A stretch of 64,000 nt of DNA. Source: Octopus sinensis (Eukaryota). A program made the position numbers and the translations under genes. Below, piece by piece: positions 53,969 through 64,000 of the stretch (position 1 is its first letter; each line of letters opens with the position of its first letter). A model generated the notes under the pieces. That model was not told where the DNA came from. It worked only from the letters and a program-made list of their open reading frames with translations, and made no database searches. Where the stretch lies: positions 77,686,001 through 77,750,000 of the forward strand of contig NC_042997.1 in assembly GCF_006345805.1 (NCBI RefSeq). The letters run 5' to 3'.

Positions 53969-55001
53969 CATACATATACATATATATATATGATAGATAT
54001 ATACATGATATATATATCTTATATATATACTATATATACATATATATATATATACATATATAATACATATATATATATATACATATACCTACATATATAT
54101 AATATACATATATATACATTATAATAGATATATTACATATATATATAATTATACATATATATACCTATATATATGATACCATATATATACATATATGAAT
54201 ATATACATAGATATACATCTATATATATATACATATATTACATAATATATATATATATACATATATATACATATATATATTATCCATATATATCCTATAT
54301 AATAATAATATATCTACATATAGATATACTATACATATATATACATATATATATATATACTATATATACTATATATATATATACGGGACATATATATACA
54401 GATTATACTATAATATACATCTATATATAATATATATCTATATACATATATATATATAGTATCTATATATATATCCATATATATATATATATACAGATAT
54501 ATAGACATATATATATATATATATTAACCTATACTACATATATATATATCTTATATACTATAATAGATATATATATAATATATATATATACATATAGACA
54601 TAATATATATAAGATATATACATATATATATATATAATATATATATACTATATATATAATTACATAATCTATATATACATATATATAGAATATATCATAT
54701 ATACATATATCAATATCTATATATAATAGCATATATATATATATATATATAGACATATATTATATATATATATTATCATATATATATTATATAATATATA
54801 CATATATATATATATATATGTATACATAATACTTATAATAATACATATATAGATATATATATATATACATATATTATATACATATATACAATATATATAT
54901 ATACATTAATATATATATATATATACATAAATTATTATATATATATATCAACATATATATATATATATATACATATATAGATATATATATATATATATAC
55001 C

Positions 55002-55033
<32 letters not shown>

Positions 55034-55255
55034 TATAATATCATATAATATATATATATCCATAGATAATATAATATATAATATCTACATATATATATAT
55101 ATATACTATATATATATATACTATATTATACATATATATATACATATATATATCTATATATACATATATATATACATGTATATATATACATATATATATA
55201 TACTATATATATATATCATATATATATACATATTATATATAGATATATATAATAC

Positions 55256-55286
<31 letters not shown>

Positions 55287-55384
55287 TATATACATATATA
55301 CATATATATATACATATATATACATATATATATACATATATATATACATATATATATACATATATATATACCATATATATATAC

Positions 55385-55431
<47 letters not shown>

Positions 55432-55534
55432 ATATATATATTATATACTATATAATACATATATATATATATACATAGATATATATTATCCATATATATA
55501 TATATATATCATATATATATATATACAATATGTA

Positions 55535-55717
55535 TACATTACTCGGTAGTCAGATAAAACTCTGAGTTTCAGATGCCGAAGTGGAAATCCACAACCACAT
55601 CTCTTCGGTTATGTGAAAATATTGTTTTCAAATAGCCAGATACCGAAGAGATGGTGTTGTGGATTTCCACTTCGGCATCTGAAACTCAGAGTTTTATCTT
55701 GACTACCGAGTAATGTA
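55535..55717. repeat. Fold-back element, ~75-bp near-perfect inverted arms with a 32-nt spacer
   Basis: 55535-55609 vs 55642-55717 differ by one indel and one small transposition. Confidence 0.95.
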
Positions 55718-56644
55718 ACATTGTATAGACAATTTCCTCTATTTACATATATTGAGGTCTCTTTCTTTTCTTTTGTTATCTTACCGTTATTATCAATATA
55801 TATATATATATAATATTATATATATATCATATATATATATATGTGTATATATATATGTGTATATATATACTGTGTATATATATATATGTGTATATATTAT
55901 ATGTGTATATATATATATGTGTATATATATATATGTATGTATATATATATGTATGTATATATATATGTATGTATATATATATGTATGTATATATTATTTG
56001 TATCTATAATATGTGTATATATATATATCTGTATATATATATGTGTGTATATATATGTGTGTATATATATGGTGTGTATATTATATATATGTGTATAGAT
56101 ATCATATGTATATATATATTGTGTATATATATATGTGTATATTAGATATGTGTATATATATATATGTGCATATATATATGTGCATATATATATGTGGTAT
56201 ATATATATGTGTATATATATATGTGTCTATATATATGTTGGTATATCTATATGTGTATATATATATGTGTCTATATATATGTGTTATATATATGTTGTAT
56301 ATATATATGTGTATATATATTGGTATATATATTATGTATATATATATGTATATATATATATGTGTATATATATGTATATATATATATGTATATCTATAGC
56401 TATATATAGAATATATATATGTATATATATATATAGATATGTATATATATATGTATATATATGTATATATATATATATATATTATGTATATATATATGTT
56501 ATATATGTTATATATAGGTACCTATATTATATATGTGTATATATATATATGTATATATATATATGTAGATATATATATATATATCTACATATATGTATAT
56601 ATATATATATACATCAACATATACATACATACATACATATATAT

Positions 56645-58045
56645 ACTACATCACATTCTTCGAGCTTTCCGTCATCTCCAGTCCGACCCTCCACTTCACA
56701 CCTCTTCCCTAACCGACCCCCCTCCCCTCTTTCAAACGAGCCCACACCTTCGAGACCTTTTGGTCCATAGCTCCTTCCCTGACCCTACCCTCCCAACCCG
56801 GCTCGTTCCCCTGTTTCCCGCCCACGTTGCCGGCACTTGCCCTTACCTCTCCAACACCACCCTCCTCACTAGCCACCATCATCGACCCTATCCCCATCAT
56901 CCACTCCTTCACCTTCCCCTGCACCGCAATATTTCTATTGCGTCTCTTGCTCTCTCTGCCATTCCTTGGACATCGGACAAACTGGACGCCGTTTGGCTGA
57001 CCGTTTCGCGAACACCTTCGTGACATCCACCTTGCGAACGACACACCGTCCTCTCTCCGCCATTTCCGCTCCACCGGTCACTCCTTGCAACACCTATCTG
57101 TGTTTCGGTTTTGTCCTTACACAAGGCCATCCGGATTCCCGTTGGCGCTGTGAACAGGAATTAATCTCTCTCTTCTCTTTCGCTCTTTAGACGCCATTTG
57201 GTCTAACTCTTCCCCCCTCCTCATCTACCCCCCCTCGCCCCCCCCGACCCCTAATTCTTCAGTCCTTCATCCTTTCACCCCTACTCCCCTTCCCTTCTTC
57301 CCTCTTTCTCCTCCCTCCTTCCCTCTGCTCCCTCACTCACCTTCTCTCCACCATCTTTCCCTCCCCCCCTCCCCCTCTTCTCCTCCACACTACACCACAC
57401 GACCTTTACACATCACATCATATATGATGTGCCATACTAATACATACACCAACCCTATACATACAACACGTCCAGAACCTCTCATACGCACTAATACTCT
57501 CATCATACACACACAACACACCCTTATACATACTAATAACGTACTAATACATACTAATACATCACCAAACCCTATACATACATTACACGTCCAGACCTCT
57601 CATACGCACTAATACTCTCTCATACACACACCACACAACACCCTTATACATACTAATACATACATACACACCCCTATACAATACACACATCCAGACCTCT
57701 CATACGCACAATACTCTCTCATACACACACACACACCCTTATGTTGGAGCTGGTCACTCAATCCGATTATCTCCCCCTAATTTCGCTCTCGCGTCTCATG
57801 TTTGATCTTTGACTTCTGGCCGAAATCAGATTGCCATGTTGGTTCGTTAGTTACTGCACGCATTTTTTTTCTCTCCTTCTTCTGTTCTGTTTTTTTCTTC
57901 TCTGTGTATCTTTCTGTTGAAGAGCGTAGGCTCGAAACGTTAAAGACTTGTTTTATTTATATTTCCTGAGCGCCATACTAATACAATTGTTTGTTTGTTT
58001 TCCACCTGCCTTCGTCTTTTGTCTATTTTCATAAAGCTTCCCGTC
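56645..58045 (+). mobile_element. Penelope-like element 3' part (linker, GIY-YIG, 3' region, pseudo-LTR)
   Basis: Frameshifted [12 protein letters not shown]...LRDLLVHSS...[26 protein letters not shown]...SRWRCEQELI; C/T tract; ~110-bp CA-rich unit x3 (57430-57740); hammerhead-like motif at 57909. Confidence 0.8.
57909..57946 (+). ncRNA. Minimal type I hammerhead-like motif with a non-canonical core
   Basis: UCUUU-CUGUUGA-A-GAGC gtag GCUC-GAAAC-GUU-AAAGA: stems I and II pair, palindromic ACGU stem III, but A6 is U and there is an extra A after A9. Confidence 0.5.
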
Positions 58046-58089
58046 ATATATATATATACATACATATATAGATACATACATATATACAT

Positions 58090-58628
58090 ACATGGTGGCT
58101 GCCCTCTCGTTATCGAGTATGGCCATTGCACGAAGCTTAATCAATTTTGTTATCATGCAATGCCTGTGCAAGAAGATATTTTTTAAGTGAGGAAAGGCTG
58201 TGCACTGAGTCAATCCCACTCACTAAGCAACAGCAGCCATAATCCGAAAAGAAGAACAAGTCAACATCATCGGTAACCACTGAGCAGCAGGTTTTATGTC
58301 GGAGTTATCTCAGTTACCTGAGTTGCCTTCTCCTAGAAGGATTCCCTGACAAAGGCTAGGAGTCCTTCACTCCCAATGGTTTAACTGCGTGATCGGATAT
58401 TCAATCCGATTATTTCTATGTCCCCGCGCATGATACAGCTTTAAGACATTTATTGGATGGTCGTTGACTCTCAAGAGTTCCTCCGCCCTTTGACAGGTTT
58501 TGTTTTTCATCCCGCAGGGTGACCAATAAACACCCTCCTCACTAAGCGAGCTTGGTGGGGTTGCCGGTTTAGTCGCCGACGACCCGACCATGCAACAGGT
58601 AGTACTGGGTTACATGTTACCAGTAGCA
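58090..58628 (-). mobile_element. Probable isolated 5' UTR of an RTE/BovB-like LINE
   Basis: GC-richer, hairpin-rich, includes CTAGGAGAAGGCAACTC resembling RTE 5' UTR motifs (from memory); ~150 bp recurs at ~46592-46745. Confidence 0.4.
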
Positions 58629-59224
58629 CTCGAAAGTGACCTGACATACATATATACATATATATGCATACATATATACATACATACATACATATATATA
58701 TATATACATACAAACATATATACATACATACAAACATATATATATATACATACAAACATATATACATACATACAAACATATATACATACATACAAACATA
58801 TATACATACATATATATATATATATATACACATACAAACATATATACATACATATATATATACATACATATATACATACATACACATATACATACATACA
58901 CATATACATACATACACATATACATATATATACTTATATATATATATACATCTATATAGATATATATACATATATATAGATATATATAAATATATATACA
59001 TATATATAATATATATAAATATATATACATATATATAGATATATATAAATATATATACATATATATAGATATATATATATCCACTAGCAGTATAACCCGG
59101 CCTTGCCCGGGATTAAGTTACGATTATTAAGCTTATCAAGTTCTTTATTTCAAACAAAACTAAGAAATATCGACATCAAATTTGGGCGAAATCCATTATA
59201 TTATATATATATATATATTATATA

Positions 59225-59607
59225 CTAGCAGTATCGCATGGCGTTGCTCAGGTTTGTAAGGGAAATAACTATAAAGCATTTTTAGAGAGTTATAGCCAAA
59301 AAATAGCAAAAAAATGGAAAAAAATGATGGTAAATTTTTTTTTTAGTTAAAAAAGGTGGAGTTGCGTCCCCTAAACAATTTGGGGTTTGTGTTTCTGATT
59401 CTCGACCCCATGTCGAATTTATCGATTTTTTTCAGAACTGGGGGAACTTTTCAAAATTTTCGCTGCGTTAGTTTTGAATTATGACATTGGGCTATGTGTG
59501 TGTCAAGTTTCATCAGAATCGGTTGAAAGCCGTGGTCAGGGTGAGGGTACAAGCAAACAGACACACAGAAACACGCACAGACAAACTGCCGTTTATATAC
59601 AAAGAGA
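59225..59607 (-). mobile_element. Non-autonomous Helitron: H1-type 3' end joined to a different 5' module
   Basis: A|TCTCTTTGTATATAAACGGCAG at 59607; CCTGAGCAACGCCATGCGATACTGCTAG|T at 59225; another reversed 3' end at ~59084. Confidence 0.7.
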
Positions 59608-60645
59608 TATATGGGCAACAGACACATACGCACACGTACGTACGTACACCTATTGCATGTTTTGTGCACGCATACATGTTCATAAATAGAAATGAATGGA
59701 AAAAATGTTAAATTTGTAGATTAACACTCGCACGATTTTCAGTAAGAAAAAAAATCGGATTTTTTGCATGGAATCAACTACTCTGCCCTCCTAATATGCT
59801 ACAAATCCCTTTCTGTGGTCCATGAAACGGAGTGGGGTGTGGCGGAAGCCTTGCAAATTGTACCCATTTATATTTTGCAATTCACTGACAAATTGTTAGC
59901 TACCTCCTTGTTTCTTTGTTGTTAAATAAATGGATTGTCAACAACACACTTCTTCACTCGGCGTAAAATAAATACAAAACTCTTTCTCACCCACAGTAAT
60001 GTGTGTGAGAGAGAGAGGGGGAGAAAGATGAACGATTTAAAATAAATATATTGTAATTGTTGTGTGAGAATGTATATATACTATGATTATAAAATATAGT
60101 GTCTTTCAAAAACATCCTGAATTTGAAGCCTATATCTCATGTTTAAGAAAAACCAAAATATTTTACATTTTATTTTTTATGAACGTTGTTACTCTCTCTC
60201 TCTCACTTTGTCTTTCCCTTTTTTGTTTAGACGCTGTGAAACTGCTTCTCTTCCACTTTTCTTTATCTTGTTTTTTTTTGTTAGACGCCGTCAAAAAGCT
60301 ATGGCTGATATTTTTTATGGCTAAAAGCTATGGCTGAAGATAGATTTTTACCGCTATCTGTGGGTGCCTAGGGAAAAAAATAAGTTGACAAATGTCCTCC
60401 TAAAATTTGAGCGACATGCGTGCTAATTAGTGGATGTGCATAAACTACAATCATGTACACACACATCTTGCTTTATATATATATACAGATATATCTGAGC
60501 AAGATGTAGACATCATGAAGTATATTTGCCTCCTAAATGTGGTTGATCCATATGGGACGATGCTACTGAAGTTTATAACCCCAGGAAGACATCTCCAGCT
60601 GACTAACAAAAGACTGTCTGTGCCCAATCAGTATTTGCAAAGAGA

Positions 60646-60691
<46 letters not shown>

Positions 60692-60860
60692 GTATACATA
60701 TATTTATATAATGACAAGCTTCTTTCAGTTTATGTCTACCAAATCCACTCACAAGGCTTTGGTTGGCCCACAGCTATAATAGAAGATACTTGCCCACAGT
60801 GGTGCTACAGTGTGACTGAACCTGGAACAATATGCTTGGGAAGCAAGCTTCTTACCACAT
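60692..60860 (-). mobile_element. SINE family A head fragment
   Basis: Matches 39445-39600. Confidence 0.7.
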
Positions 60861-63800
60861 CGACACAATATCGTTCTTAAAGCTCTACTATAATATTTTG
60901 ATACCAAAGCCAACTCTAGTGATCTATAAATTAAGCATCAGTGAAATACTGCAGTTAATTTAATCAATAAGATCTTTAAACTATGCGAAACATGGCCTCA
61001 TATTAAGTGAAAATTCAAAAAATCAATATTTTGTAGGATTATTTTTCAATGAAAATACATTTTGTTAGAAAAAAAGGTGATGCATAGTCATTTTTGTTAT
61101 GAAAGAAACTGTTAAATTAGTGGAAATAAATGGTACAGATGTGGAAGACATTAAGTGTAGATACTGACTTTCAGATTGCTGTCTCTGTCATACTGAAAAT
61201 TAGCAAAATGTCCCAAAAAATTTAAAAAGAGACAGATTGCTAAAAATAATTCTAAACTTGGGAACATCAAAAGCAGCAGCAGTCAACAATAAAATACCAA
61301 CTGCAGTTAAATGCTGAGAAGTAAATCTTGAACTCAGTGGTAACACTTTTATGAGATCATGAAAGATGATAGCTAGGTTTACTTTAAGTATAGTTACAAG
61401 TATATTTAGTAATTGCTTCCTGCTCGGGACAGAAATGAAACTTCAGTAAGCAAAGTAGTGCAAGAGAGGAGAGAAAAATGTTTAAAGCTGCTCACTTTCT
61501 GTGAGCAAACTGAGGAAAGAACAACCAAATGTACAATTTTATGACAAATGCGAGCACATGCAAAATGGCATACATGCTTATGTCTCACTGTCTTGCACAC
61601 ACAAACTACCCCACCTCTCTCTCTCTATATATATATATACATATATATATGTATATATATATATATATATTGAGAGAGAGAGAGAGAGGGAGAGAGAGAG
61701 AGGGAGAGAGAGAGAGAGATCCTTGTTATCCTGAAGCTAATGTAAGCATATCTATACATGTAACTAAAACACTGTCAGCCCTTTTTTCCCACCACATATC
61801 ACACTTTCCTTAAATAAAAACTTACACTTTACACCAAGTACACCACTGAAGTTATGAAACAGAAGTACTCTATAACTCACATCATCCCTAACATTAAACA
61901 CTTTTCTGATTTTATATATATATATATATGATAGATAGAGAGAGAGAGAGAGTTGTTTTCTGATAGATAAAAGTATTGCCTTGTCTGTCCACTGTTATTG
62001 GTATCAAATAATGTATTCTTTCAATGTATGTCGGCTAATCTCAATGAAAGTTTCTGAACGGTGGCTTAACCTACTGGAAATAGCAACAAATCTCACTTTT
62101 TTTATTAAATATGTAACTCATCTTGTTTAGAAACAAGTAAGAGTTGGTGACAGGGAGGATAGCTAACTAGAAAATCTGCCTTAATAAACTGTCATGCAAG
62201 CACAGAAAACTGGATGTTAAATTAAAACAATAATGAAGAGGAGAAGAATATATTAATTACATAAACTAGGTAAAAACTGCCAGAAGAGAAACTGTTACAC
62301 TGAGAATATATAATGAAACGCTCTAAGAGTGTTTCATGTTTGAAAACACAGCATTTGTACTTGATGCTAATTATACACTACATTAGATTTAGAAAATACT
62401 TAGTTCATGAGATATAAGGTGTTTATATGATTGGGGATTTCCTCATAGCTGGAGGCAGTGTGTTCTATATTTGGTATCATTTTTCATAACTATTAACCCA
62501 ATACTAACTGGTACAGGGTGAAACTTGAGACAGTTCTAGAGAGTAAGGAGGCAAGGTATTCAAGTAGATGTGTAAGTCAAGTTTTTAAGAGTGTGTGGAC
62601 CTGTAGCAGCAAAATATCAAGTACACTTATATTTCAAGATTTTTAAGAATAAGTGTTTCCGTTAGCAAAGACATGTAGGCAAACAAATATAGGAAATGTA
62701 TTATAACAGGTAATTATGGCAATAATACCACCTTCTGGTGCTATTCATGAGACAATATGAAGAAGGAATTATTAAAGTCAGTTTTGGAAGTCACAATGGA
62801 ATTTATCAACGTTACTTCCCAATATTTTTATGGTACACAGAGTAAGCGACATATTCTTAACCAGTTGCCTGGTATGTTGGTTGAAAGTCATTTGTTTATT
62901 CAAAATAACACTTTTTAGTAATTTTTAGTTTGAGATACGGATCATTCAATAATTTGATGATTAACAGTTGACAAGTGTCTGACATTAGAGAAAGTTTTCA
63001 AATGATTTACAAACTTTATGATCATCTACATCGAAGCATATGCTATTCTAGAAAGAAATGAAATGAATATATAAAGTTAAAGAGGATAGAACTCACTACT
63101 GAGGATCTTTAGTATAGGAATAACACTACATATTATGGTATTGGCTATAAAGTCAGTTAATTACAACCACTATTTGAGAAAAACCATTTACATAAGCAAA
63201 CTATTGTTTAAGTCCTTCCAAAGAAATGTTTCAGATAAATTTAACATCAGGTGATACAAACAAAGATTATTATGGGCATCAAGCTGAAAAATATTACAGA
63301 TGTGTTCTTCTTTATATGACCTGCTCATAGAGGAAATGCAAGCAATTGACAAATAGTTTGGATAATTTCATATGCTGTAGAGAGAAAAAGATACTGATGT
63401 TTGGGACTGGGAAATAATTTTTTTTAAATATTCTTTCTCAGATGAAGAATGAGTTAGAAAACGTCAGTATCCTCTTCCTTCCATAGTATAAAATACTTAT
63501 CCTAACTCACAAAATTTATTATAAAATTTTTACCTATCTAGACCATGAAAGGTTTCCTCAGATGCAGAGATATTAATTTTTTTCATGATAGAAACCATAG
63601 TTAGATCTGTTTGACATTCTATTACACCAGTTCTTAAATTTGTGTTGACAATTTTTACTAAGAATACAACAATATTGTATTCTTACATGAACATGAACAA
63701 GGGCGGAAACCACCTGCCAAAAGTAAAAGGAAAGGACTATGCACCACCTGCCCCAAAACAGAGGTACGCAGATGTAGTGCGTGTTACAAACCATCAACAT

Positions 63801-64000
63801 ATTATTGAAAGGGCAGCTGCTTGACAAGAATCTTTTTTGTGCATGGCACAAAAGATTGTACAGCAGCTAACCTGGCTCCATCAAACTCAAACTCACAGAT
63901 GGGACTATCCACAATACACAACCACCACAGTAAATAGACCCAAGGTGGACACCACTGGCAACAACACACACATCACCTCGATGCTCCTACTGAACATCAG

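Noticed and set aside
61496-61575. Phase-compatible candidate MMD first exon (MYAILHVL...FAHR, GTGAGC donor)
   Set aside because: No resemblance to known MMD N-termini, 38 kb away, and such matches arise by chance.

Overview
AT-rich, microsatellite-laden eukaryotic (animal) genomic DNA; the repeat content looks like a coleoid cephalopod, most likely Octopus (inference from memory of the repeat families, not a database hit). One host gene is supported: a minus-strand MMD/MMD2-like PAQR (haemolysin-III family) membrane protein, reconstructed from six GT-AG exons between 23254 and 4006 (232 aa from the ATG at 23250; an upstream exon was not found). The rest is a transposon landscape: several 5'-truncated RTE LINE copies with (GAT)n tails, an L1/Tx1-like RT remnant, mariner and Tc1 remnants, tRNA-derived SINEs, at least a dozen Helitron pieces including a Pif1-helicase remnant, three Penelope-like (GIY-YIG) fragments, long fold-back hairpins, a ~5 kb (TA)n sea and a 100-N gap. 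Most notable: (i) Helitron 3' ends that are ~41-bp palindromes whose loop occurs in two inverted (flip/flop) orientations; (ii) a type I hammerhead ribozyme with an intact core in a Penelope-like insert; (iii) an in-frame TAG shared by two RTE copies at a Trp codon just before a PHD-like finger; (iv) copy-specific expansion of a 62-bp hairpin minisatellite in the RTE 3' UTR. No CRISPR array, rRNA or true tRNA gene is supported.
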